Of a DNA stretch of 64,000 nucleotides, positions 50,003 through 62,300 are shown piece by piece. The translations under genes and the position numbers were made by a program. This stretch comes from Pristiophorus japonicus (taxonomy: Eukaryota), in assembly GCF_044704955.1 (NCBI RefSeq), contig NC_091985.1, forward strand, positions 6,014,001 to 6,078,000, written 5' to 3'. Under the pieces are notes generated by a model. That model did not search any database. It was not told where the DNA came from and saw only the letters and a program-made list of their open reading frames with translations. Every line of letters starts with the position of its first letter. The first letter of the stretch is position 1.

Positions 50003-50710
50003 TCCTGCTCCTATTTCTTATGTTCTTATGTTCTAATGGTCAAGATTGTGGTACTTACCCAGCTCTTGCCCAGCTTATGTCCTGAAAACTCTTGCGCTGG
50101 TAAAAGCAGGCACATACACTACTTTTACCAGTGTAAGAGTTTTAAAACATACAAAAACATAAAAATAACATTTAAAAAACACATGTTGAAATTTTAAACC
50201 ACAATGAAAAAACTTTTTTAAAAATTGGAAAAAATACTTTTCTTCCAAGATATTTATTAACTTTAATTTAAATTAAACTCAAATATGTATGTATTTTTTC
50301 TATTTTTTATTTGTGTTTGAGTGTTGTGGGAGGCGAGTGTTTCTCAATCATAATAATGAGAACTACTTGCGGAGTTCCCATTATTATGACTGAGAAAATA
50401 CTTGACCTGGATTGGCTGCCCAGTGCCAATTACTCCAGCTCCAACATACATCCGTCCTGACGTACTCACGATCCGATGTGCAGGGAGAGTAGGCCTCAGG
50501 ACCGGGATCTCTGGTGGGCGCAGCAGGAAAAGGTCGGTGCGCATCTTTCTTACCATTTTCTGTCGAGCGCCCGCGGGAAACAGAGGAGTGGGATTTCAGA
50601 CCAATATCCATTCGCAAACACACAGGAGATTTTATAATCACTTCGGTTTCAACTTATTATTTTATGTTGTTCCTCATTTTTTCTGATCTTCAGTTATTTA
50701 CTATTCACAG

Positions 50711-51064
50711 GTCTAAAGGCAAGTCCGGTTCTTATCCAGTCCCCAGAAGTTGTGACGGTGCCCGAGGGTGGCACGGTGCAGTTTCGGTGTACCCTGGAGA
50801 GCAGCTATGTGAATGACCGTGTGGATAAATATGATGTACGCTGGTTCCTCTCACGGGATAGGAATCAAATAATATTTATTCATTACATAGATGGCACGGT
50901 TTACCGATCACATGGCTTCTCTGAGCGGTTTCAGCTTTCCAGAGATGTTGCCAGTAACAGCTACATTCTGACGATCAGAGGCGTGCAGCGCAGAGACAGC
51001 GCGGTCTATATCTGTGGTATTTGGGGAAAAATCTATGGAAATGGAAACCGGCTGAATGTAACCA
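50711..51064 (+). CDS. Ig V-set exon 2 with germline-joined J/G strand (paralog of 34116-34469)
   Basis: Acceptor ttcacag|G at 50710/1 and donor A|GTAAGT at 51065; 354 nt, open. SPVLIQSP...QFRC...VRWF...NSYILTI...DSAVYIC GIWGKI YGNGNRLNVT. Confidence 0.92.
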
Positions 51065-51598
51065 GTAAGTACATTCTACATTATATTGGTTTTATATCTA
51101 ATACTGTTACAGTACAAACATTTTGTGTTTAAGTAAATGTTATACAACGTTGTCACTTTTACAGTAACAACACTGAGTGGAAGTTCTAAACACAGAATGG
51201 AGGGTGAAATCTGGGACAAACTCCATTTGTTTTTAATTGAACAAAAGTATGTGAGCACATGGTGGGACAAAACCTCACACACAGGATTCAACGGGAACAT
51301 ACATGTTGAAGGAAAAGTGCAGTAATAGGAATAATGGTGACCTACCTGGTTAAATCAGGATATTGACAGGGTATATATATAAAACAATGCATCTCTGAGT
51401 GACCAAATCTGCACTCATCAATGCAAACAAATGACCCCTCGACCCTTTCCAAGTTGCAATACACCATCCTTCAGCCTGTTAATGTAATTCAGGAATGTGC
51501 AATCAGCTTTCAGAATGGCTGGGCGGCAAAGAAGTGCGTCTCGTTTTGGAGTTGAAAGCCAGAAACTATTTAATAATAGAGTCCCGTGAGAAACTCGT

Positions 51599-51902
51599 GA
51601 GGCACAGCCTTAAAATACGGGGGAGCCAATTTAAAACCGAGTTGAGAAGGAATTTCTTCTCCCAGAGGGTTGTGAATCTGTGGAATTCTCTGCCCAAGGA
51701 AGCAGTTGAGGCTAGCTCATTGAATGTATTCAAATCACAGATAGATAGATTTTTAACCAATAAGGGAATTAAGGGTTACGGGGAGCGGGCGGGTAAGTGG
51801 AGCTGAGTCCACGGCGAGATCAGCCATGATCTTGTTGAATGACGGAGCAGGCTCGAGGGGCTAGATGGCCTACTCCTGTTCCTAATTCTTATGTTCTTAT
51901 GT
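51599..51902 (+). mobile_element. CR1 3' fragment present only in duplicate 2
   Basis: HSLKIRG..RVVNLWNSLP and tail; TSD tcgt; empty site at ~35000. Confidence 0.9.
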
Positions 51903-53277
51903 TCGTCCGTGGGTCTGGAATGTGCCCAATACACACAGACATAGAAACATAGAAATCTACAGCGCAGAAGGAGGCCATTTCGACCCATCGTGTTCACGGC
52001 GGCCAACAAAGAGCCGCACGGCCCTTGGTCAGCTACCCTGAAGGTTATATATAAACCTATGAACAATGGCGGAGAGGTAAATAGCACCCAGGCCAACCAG
52101 TCCGCCCCCACATAACTGCTGTACACCTTACACTAAAACATTCTACATTCCACCCCAAACAGAGTCACGTGATCTCCTGGGAGAGGCAAAAACTAGATAA
52201 ATTCCCAGGCCAATTGGGGAAAAAAAAATCTGGGAAATGTCCTCTCCGACCCATCCAGGCAATCTAAACTATTCCAGGAGATCACCCTGGCCGTATTCGA
52301 TTCCCTTCAGTACTTACCATTATATCTGCACCAGCCAACAAGAGGTTATCCAGCTCTAGGTCTGTAACCCTGCAGGCCCATCCAACCATCTCTTAAGAGT
52401 GGTGAGGGTTTCTGCATCTACCACTCTTCCAGGCAGTGAGTTCCAGATCCCCATATCCTCTGCATAAAGAAGCCCGCCCCCTCAAATTCCCTCGATACCT
52501 TCCACCAACCACTTTAAAACTAATAGATCCCTCCACCAATGGAAATAGGCCCTTACTATCCACTATGTCCAGGCCCCTCAACATTTTGTACACCTCAATG
52601 AGGTCTCCTCAATGAGGAACACCTCAATGAGGTTCCAATGAGAACAAACCCAGCCTATCCAATCTGTCCTCATAACTAAGATTCTCCATTCCAGACAGCA
52701 TCCGAGTAAATCTCCTCTGCACCCTCTCGAGTGCAATCACACGTCCTTCCTATAATACAGTGACCAGAACTGCATGCAGTACTCCAGTTGTGGCCTAACC
52801 AAAGTATTATATAATTTAAGCCTAACCTCCATGCTCTTATATTCTATGCCTCGGTCAATAAAGGCAAGCATTCCGTATGCCTTCTTAACCACCTTATCCA
52901 CCTGGCCTGCAACTTTCAGGGATCTGTGGACAAGCACTCCAAGGTCCCTTTGTTCATCTACACTATTAAGTGGCCTACCGCTTAATGTGTATACCCTTTC
53001 CTTATTAGCCCTCCCAAAGTGCATCACCTCACACTTCTCTGAACTTCCATTTGCCACTGCTCTGCCCACCTGACCAGCAGATTGATATCCTCCTGCAGCC
53101 CATGACTTTCCTCTTCGTTATCAACCACACAGCCAACTTTAGTGTCATCTGCAAACTTCTTAATCATACTCCCTATATTCAAATCAAAATCGTTGATATA
53201 TACCACAAAAAGCAAGGGACCCAGTACTGAGCCCTACAGAACCCCGCATCCTTCCAGCCACAAAAACATCCATCAAC

Positions 53278-56200
53278 GTTTTATGCTCCTCCTGTACTAT
53301 GTGGGAAATCAGGGACGCCTCCGGTATCCCTGACGACTACGTGTGCGGGAAGTGTATCCGCCTCCAGCTTCTGACGGACCGCGTTGCGTAACTGGAGCTG
53401 TGGGTGGATTCACTCTGGAGCATGCACGATGCTGAGAATGACGTGAATAGCACATTTAGTGAGTTGGTCTTACCGCAGGTAAAGGGTACACAGCCAGATA
53501 GGGAATGGAAGACCAACAGGAAGAGCAGTGCAAGGAAGGTAGTGCAGGGAATCCCTGCGGTCATCCCCTGCAAAACAGACACACCGCTTTGAGTACTGTT
53601 GAGGGGGATGACTCACCAGGGGGGAACAGCAGCAGCCAAGTTCATGGCACCATTGCTGGCTCTGCTGCACAGGAGGGCAGAAAAAGAGTGGGAGAGCGAT
53701 AGTGATAGGGGATTCAATTGTAAGGGGAATTGATAGACGTTTCTGTGGCCACAACCGAGACTCCAGGATGGTATGTTGCCTCCCTGGTGCAAGGGTCAAG
53801 GATGTCTCGGAGCGGGTGCAGGACATTCTGAAAAGGAAGGGTGAACAGCCAGTTGTCGTGGTGCACATTGGTACCAACGATATAGGTAAAAAATGGGATG
53901 AGGTCCTACGAGCTGAATTTAGGGAGCTAGGAGCGAAATTAAAAAGTAGGACCTCAAAAGTAGTAATAGCAATGGTGCAGAAGGGAGGGATTCAAATTCC
54001 TGGGACATTGGAACCGGTTCTGGGGGAGGTGGGGCCAGTACAAACCAGATGGTCTGCATCTGGGCAGGATAGAACCGATGTCCTCGGGGAAGTGTTTGCT
54101 CGTGCTGTTGGGGAGGAGTTAAACTAATATGGCAGGGGGATGGGAACCTATGTAGGGAGACAGAGGGAAACAAAAAGGAGACAGAAGCAAAATATAGAAA
54201 GGAGAATAGTAAAAGTGAAGGGCAGAGAAACCCAAGGCAAAAAACAAAAAGGGCCACATTACAGCAAAATTCTAAAAAGGCAAAGTGTGTTTAAAAAAAC
54301 AAGCCTGAAGGCTCTGTGCCTCAATGCGAGGAGTATTCGGAATAAGGTGGATGAATTAACTGCACAGATAGCAGTTAATGGGTATGATGTGATTGGCATC
54401 ACGGAGACATGGCTCCAGGGGGACCAAGGCTGGGAACTCAACATCCAAGGGTATTCAGCATTTACAAAGGATAGACGAAGGAAAAGGAGGTGGGGTGCAT
54501 TGCTGGTTAAAGAGAAAATTAATGCAATAGTAAGGAAGAATCTTAGCCTGGAGGATGTGGAATCGGTATGGGTGGAGCTGCGGAATTCCAAAGGGCAGAA
54601 AACACTAGTGGGTGTTGTGTATAGACCACCAAATAGTAGTAGTGAGGTTGGGTACAGCATCAAACAAGAAATAAGGGATGTGTGCAATAAAGGTACAGCA
54701 GTAATCATGGGCGACTTTAATCTACACATTGATTGGGCTAACCTAACTGGTAGCAATGCGGTGGAGGAGGATTTCTTGGAGTGTATTAGGGATGATTTTT
54801 GAGACCAATATGTCGAGGAATCAACCAGGGAGCTGGCCATCCTAGACTCGGTATTGTGTAATGAGAAGGGACTAATTAGCAATCTTGTTGTGCAAGGCCC
54901 CTTGGGGGAAAAGTGACCATAATACGATAGAATTCCTTATTAAGATGGAGAGTGACAAAGTTAATTCGGAAACTAGGGTCCTGAACTTAAGGAAAGGTAA
55001 CTTCGACGGTATGAGGTGTGAATTGGCTAGAATAGACTGGCCAACGATACTATAGGGTTGACGGTGGATAAGCAATGGCAAACATTTAAAGATCACATGG
55101 ATGAACTTCAGCAAATGTGCATCCCTGTCTGGAGTAAAAATAAAACTGGGAAGGTGGCTCAACCATAGCAAACAAAGAAAATTAAGGATAGTGTTAAAGC
55201 CAAGGAAGAGACATATAAATTTGCAAGCAAAAGAAGCAAACCTGAGGACTGGGAGAAATTTAGAATTCAACAGAGGAGGACTAAGGGTTTAATTAAGAGG
55301 GGAAAAATAAGAGTACGAGAGGAAGTTTGTAGGAAATTTAAAAACGGACTGCAAAAGCTCTATAAATATGTGAAGAGAAAAAGATTAGTAAAGACAAACA
55401 TAGGACCCTTGCAGTCGAATTTAGGTGAAATTATAATGGGGATCAAAGAAATGACAGACCAATTGAATCAATACTTCGGTTCTGTCTTCACGAAGGAAGA
55501 TACAAATAATCTTCCGAAGGTACAAGGAGACAGTGGGTCTAGTGAGAAGGAGGAACTGAAGGATATCCTTATTAGGCGTGAAATTGTGTTAGGGAAATTG
55601 ATGGGATTGAAGGTCGATAAATCCCCGGGATTGAAGGCCGATAAATAAGTCTGCATCCCAGAGTGCTCAAGGAAGTCGCCCTAGAAATAGTGGATGCAAT
55701 AGTGATCATTTTCCAACAGTCTATTGACTCTGGATCAGTTCCCATGGACTGGAGGGTAGCTAATGTAACACCACTTTTTAAAAAAGGAGGGCGAGAGAAA
55801 ATGGGTAATTATAGACCAGTTAGCTTGACATCAGTAGTCGGGGAAATGTTGGAATCGTTCATGAAGGATGAAATAGCAGCGGATTTGGAAAGCGGTGACA
55901 GGATCGGATCAAGTCAGCATGGATTTATGAAAGGGAAATCATGCTTGACGAATCTTCTGGAATTTTTTGAGGATGTAACTAGCAGAGTGGACAAGGAGAA
56001 CCAGTGGATGTGGTGTATTTGGACTTTCAGAAGGCTTTTGACAAGGTCCCGCACAAGAGATTGTTGTGCAAAATCAAAGCACATGGTATTGGAGTTAATA
56101 TACTGAGGTGGATAGGGAACTGGTTGCTAGACAGGAAGCAGAGAGTTGGGATAAATGGGTCTTTTCAGAATGGCAGGCAGTGACTAATGGAGTGCCGCAG

Positions 56201-58488
56201 GGCTCAGTTCCGGGACCCCAGCTATTTACAATATACATTAATGATTTGGATGAAGGAATTGAATGTAATATCTCCAAGTTTGCAGATGACACTAAAGTGG
56301 GTGGCGGTGTGAGCTGTGAGGACGATGCTAAGAGGCTGCAGGGTGACTTGGACAGGTTAGGTGAGTGGGCAAATGCATGGCAGATGCAGTATAATGTGGA
56401 TAAATGTGAGGTTATCCACTTTGGGGGCAAAAACACAAAGGCAGAATATTATCTGAATGGCGGCAGACTAGGAAAAGGGGAGGTGCAATGAGACCTGGGT
56501 GTCATGGTTCATCAGTCACTGAAAGTGGGCATGCAGGTACAGCAGGCGGTAAAGAAGGCAAATGGTATGTTGGCCTTCATAGCTAGGGGATTTGAATATA
56601 GAAGCAGGGAGGTCTTACTGCAGTTGTACAGGGCCTGAGTGAGGCCTCACATGGAATATTGTGTTCAGTTTTGGTCTCCTAGTCTGAGGAAGGAGGTTCT
56701 TGCTATTGAGGGAGTGCAGCGAAGGTTCACCAGACTGATTCCAGGGATGGCTGGGCTGACATATGAGGAGAGACTGGATCAACTGGGCCTGTATTCACTG
56801 GAGTTTAGAAGGATGAGAGGGGATCTCATAGAAACATATAAGATTCTGACGGGACTGCACAGGTTAGATGCGGGAAGAATGTTCCCGATGTTGGGGAAGT
56901 CGAGAACCAGGGGACATAGTCTTAGGATAAGGGGTAGTCCATTTAGGATTGAGATGAGGAAAAACTTCTTCACTCAGAGTTGTTAACCTGTGGAATTCCC
57001 TGCAGCAGAGAGTTGTTAATCCCAGTTCATAGAAAAATAGAAACATAGAAAATAGGTGCAGGAGTAGGCCATTCGGCCCTTCTAGCCAGCACCACCATTC
57101 AATGAGTTCATGGCTGAACATGCAACTTCAGTACCCCATTCCTGCTTTCTCGCCATACCCCTTGATCCCCCGAGTAGTAAGAACTACATCTAACTCCTTT
57201 TTGAATATATTTAGTGAATTGGCCTCAACAACTTTCTGTGGTAGAGAATTCCACAGGTTCACCACTCTCTGGGTGAAGAAGTTTCTCCTCATCTCGGTCC
57301 CAAATGGCTTACCCCTTATCCTCAGACTGTGACCCCTGGTTCTGGACTTCCCCAACATTAATAAGAACATAAGAACATAAGAATTAGGAACAGGAGTAGG
57401 CCATCTGGACCCTCCGCCACCCAACAAGATCATGGCTGATCTGGCCGTGGACTCAGCTCCACTTACCCGCCCGCTCCCCATAACGTTTAATTCCCTTATT
57501 GGTTAAAAATCTATCGACCTGTGATTTGAATATATTCAATGAGCTAGCCTCAACTGCTTCCTTGGGCAGAGAATTCCACAGATTCACAACCCTCTGGGAA
57601 AAGAAATTCTTCTCAACTCGGTTTTAAATTGGCTCCCCCGTATTTTGAGGCTGTGCCCCCTAGGTCTAGTCTCCCCGACCAGTGGAAACAACCTCTCTGT
57701 CTCTATCCTGTCTATCCCCTTCATTATTTTAAATGTTTCTATAAGATCACCCCTCATCCTTCTGAACTCCAACGAGTAAAGACCCAGTCCATTCAATCTA
57801 TCATCATAAGGTAACCCCCTCATCTCCGGAATCAGCCTAGTGAATCGTCTCTGTACTCCTTCCAAAGCTAATATCTCCTTCCTTAAGTAAGGTGACCAAA
57901 ACTGCACGCAGTACTCCAGGTGCGGCCTCACCAATACCCTGTACAGTTGCAGCAGGACCTCCATGCTTTTGTACTCCATCCCTCTCGCAATGAAGGCCAA
58001 CATTCCATTTGCCTTCCTGATTACCTGCTGCACCCGCAAACTAACTTTTTGGGATTCATGCACAAGGACCCCCAGGTCCCGCTGCACCACAGCATGTTGT
58101 AATTTCTCCCCATTCAAATAATATTCCCTTTTACTGTTTGTTTTCCCAAGGTGGATGACCTCACATTTTCCGACATTGTATTCCATCTGCCAAACCTCAG
58201 CCTATTCGCTGAACCTATCTAAATCTCTTTGCAGCCTCTCTGTGTCCTCTACACAACCCGCTTTCCCACTAATCTTTGTGTCACCTGCAAATTTTGTTAT
58301 ACTACTCTCTGTTCACTGGATATATTCAAGAGGGAGTTAGATATGGCTCTTACGGTTAAGGGGATCAAGGGGTATGGAGAGAAAGCAGGAAAGGGGTACT
58401 GAAGGAATGATCAGCCATGATCTTATTGAATGGCGGTGCTGGCTCGAAGAGCCGAATGGCCTACTTCTGCACCTATTTTTCTATGTTT
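53278..58488 (+). mobile_element. Long CR1 (ORF1 + ORF2) with - strand CR1 fragments nested in its 3' end (57029-57358, 57360-58310)
   Basis: ORF1 zinc finger/GDSIVRG, EN, RT. The 3' end resumes at 58311 after duplicated gttca. Confidence 0.92.
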
Positions 58489-59378
58489 CTTACCCTTTGC
58501 TTCCTACCTCCAAGCCAATTTTGGATCCAACTTGCCACTTTACCCTGGATCCCATGAACTTTAGCCTTCATGACCAGTCTACCATGTGGGACCTTATCAA
58601 AAGCTTTGCTGAAGTCCATATGACTACATCGTACACACTACCTTCATCAACCCTCTTGGTTGCCACCTCAAAAATTCAATCACGATCTTCAATTAATAAA
58701 TCCATGCTGACTGTCCCTAATTAATCCTTGTCTTTCCAAATGCAGATTTATCCTGTCGTGCCTTCTTAACCACCTTATCCACCTGACGTGCAACTTTCAG
58801 GGATCTGTGGACAAGCACTCCAAGGTCCCTTTGTTCATCTACACTATTAAGTGGCCTACCGCTTAATGTAAATACCCTTTCCTTATTCGTCCTCCGAAAG
58901 TGCATTACCTCACACTTCTCTGAACTTCCATCTGTCCACCTGACCAGTAGATTGCTGTCCTCCTGCAGCCCATGACATTCCTCTTCATTATCAACCACAC
59001 AGCCAATTTTAGTGTCATCTGCAAGCTTCTTAATCATACTCCCTATATTCAAATCGTTGATATATACCACAAAAAGCAAGGGACCCAGTACTGAGCCCTG
59101 CAGAACCCCATTGAAAACATCCTTCCAGTCACAAAAACATCCATCAACCATTACTCTTTGCTTCCTACCTTCAAGCCAATTTTGGATCCAACTTGCCACT
59201 TCACCCTGGATCCCATGGGCTTTAGCCTTCATGACCAGTGTACCATGTGGGACCTTATCAAAAGCTTTGCTAAAATCCATATGCACTACATCATATGCAC
59301 TACCCTCATCGACCCACTTGGTTAACACATCCGAAAATTTCAATCAGATTAGTCAAACACGATCTTCCCTTAATAAAT

Positions 59379-62300
59379 CCAGGCTTGAGCAGTGGTGCAG
59401 CAGGGAGGGATTCAAATTCCTGGGGCATTGGGACCGGTTCTGGGGGAGGTGGGACCAGTACAAACCGGACGGTCTGCACCTGGGCAGGACCGGAACCAAT
59501 GTCCTAGGGGGAGTGTTTGCTAGTGCTGTTGGGGAGGATTTAAACTAATATGGCAGGGGGATGGGAGCCAATGCAGGGAGACAGAGGGAAACAAAAAGGA
59601 GGCAAAAGCAAAAGACAGAAAGGAGATGAGGAAAAGTGGAGGGCAGAGAAACCAAGGCAAAGAACAAAAAGGGCCACTGTACAGCAAAATTCTAAAAGGA
59701 CAAAGGGTGTTAAAAAAACAAGCCTGAAGGCTTTGTGTCTTAATGCAAGGAGTATCCGCAATAAGGTGGATGAATTAATTGTGCAAATAGATGTTAACAA
59801 ATATGATGTGATTGGGATTACGGAGACGTGGCTCCAGGATGATCAGGGCTGGGAACTCAACATTCAGGGGTATTCAACATTCAGGAAGGATAGAATAAAA
59901 GGAAAAGGAGGTGGGGTAGCATTGCTGGTTAAAGAGGAGATTAATGCAATAGTTAGGAAAGACATTAGCTTGGATGATGTGGAATCTATATGGGTAGAGC
60001 TGCAGAACACCAAAGGGCAAAAAACGTTAGTAGGAGTTGTGTATAGACCTCCAAACAGTAATAGGGATGTTGGGGAGGGCATCAAACAGGAAATTAGGGG
60101 TGCATGCAATAAAGGTGTAGCAGTTATAATGGGTGACTTTAATATGCACATAGATTGGGCGAGCCAAACTGGAAGCAATACGGTGGAGGAGGATTTCCTG
60201 GAGTGCATAAGGGATGGTTTTCTAGACCAATATGTTGAGGAACCAACTAGGGGTGAGGCCATCTTAGACTGGGTGTTGTGTAATGAGAGAGGATTAATTA
60301 GCAATCTCATTGTGCGAGGCCCCTTGGGGAAGAGTGACCATAATATGGTGGAATTCTGCATTAGGATGGAGAATGAAACAGTAAATTCAGAGACCATGGT
60401 CCAGAACTTAAAGAAGGGTAACTTTGAAGGTATGAGGCATGAATTGGCTAGGATAGATTGGCGAATGATACTTAAGGGGTTGACTGTGGATGGGCAATGG
60501 CAGACATTTAGAGACCGCATGGATGAATTACAACAATTGTACATTCCTGTCTGGCGTAAAAATAAAAAAGGGAAGGTGGCTCAACCGTGGCTATCTTGGG
60601 AAATCAGGGATAGTATTAAAGCCAAGGAACTGGCATACAAATTGGCAAGAAATAGCAGCGAACCTGGGGACTGGGAGAAATTTAGAACTCAGCAGAGGAG
60701 GACAAAGGATTTGATTAGGGCAGGGAAAAGGAAGTACGAGAAGAAGCTTGCAGGGAACATTAAGGCGGATTGCAAAAGTTTCTATAGGTATGTAAAGAGA
60801 AAAAGGTTAGTAAAGACAATTGTAGCTCCCCTGCAGTCAGAATCAGGGGAAGTCATAACGGGGAACAAAGAAATGGCAGACCAATTGAACAAGTACTTTG
60901 GTTCGGTATTCACTAAGGAGGATACAAACAACCTTCCGGATATAAAAAGAGTCAGAGGGTCTAGTAAGGAGGGGGAACTGAGGGAAATCTTTATTAGTCA
61001 GGAAATTGTGTTGGGGAAATTGATGGGATTGAACGCCAATAAATCCCCAAGACCTGATGGACTGCATCCCAGAGTACTAAAGGAGGTGGCCTTGGAAATA
61101 GCGGATGCATTGACAGTCATTTTCCAACATTCCATTGACTCTGGATCAGTTCCTATGGAGTGGAGGGTAGCCAATGTAACCCCACTTTTTAAAAAAGGAG
61201 GGAGAGAGAAAACAGGGAATTATAGACCGGTCAGCCTGACCTCAGTAGTGGGTAAAATGATGGAATCAATTATTAAGGATGTCATAGCAGTGCATCTGGA
61301 AAATGGTGACATGATAGGTCCAAGTCAGCATGGATTTGTGAAAGGGAAATCATGCTTGACAAATCTTCTGGAATTTTTTGAGGATGTTTCCAGTAAAGTG
61401 GACAAAGGAGAACCAGTTGATGTGGTATATTTGGACTTTCAGAAGGCTTTCGACAAGGTCCCACACAAGAGATTAATGTGCAAAGTTAAAGCACATGGGA
61501 TTGGGGGTAGTGTGCTGACGTGGATTGAGAACTGGTTGTCAGACAGGAAGCAAAGAGTAGGAGTAAACGGGTACTTTTCAGAATGGCAGGCAGTGATTAG
61601 TGGGGTACCGCAAGGTTCTGTGCTGGGGCCCCAGCTGTTTACATTGTACATTAATGATTTAGACGAGGGGATTAAATGCAGTATCTCCAAATTTGCGGAT
61701 GACACTAAGTTGGGTGGCAGTGTGAGCTGCGAGGAGGATGCTATTAGGCTGCAGAGTGACTTGGATAGGTTAGGTGAGTGGGCAAATGCATGGCAGATGA
61801 AGTATAATGTGGATAAATGTGAGGTTATCCACTTTGGTGGTAAAAACAGAGAGACAGACTATTATCTGAATGGTGACAGATTAGGAAAAGGGGAGGTGCA
61901 ACGAGACCTGGGTGTCATGGTACATCAGTCATTGATGGTTAGCATGCAGGTACAGCAGGCGGTTAAGAAAGCAAATGGCATGTTGGCCTTCATAGCGTGG
62001 GGATTTGAATACAGGGGCAGGGAGGTGTTGCTACAGTTGTACAGGGCCTTGGTGAGGCCACACCTGGAGTATTGTGTACAGTTTTGGTCTCCTAACTTGA
62101 GGAAGGACATTCTTGCTATTGAGGGAGTGCAGCGAAGATTCACCAGACTGATTCCCGGGATGGCGGGACTGACCTATCAAGAAAAACTGGATCAACTGGG
62201 CTTGTATTCATTGGAGTTCAGAAGAATGAGAGGGGACCTCATGGAAACGTTTAAAATTCTGACGGGTTTGGACAGGTTAGATGCAGGAAGAATGTTCTCA

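Noticed and set aside
59864-60544. Antisense ORFs over CR1 ORF2 (here and in sister copies)
   Set aside because: Shadow frames of the LINE coding sequence, recurring only because the copies are homologous.
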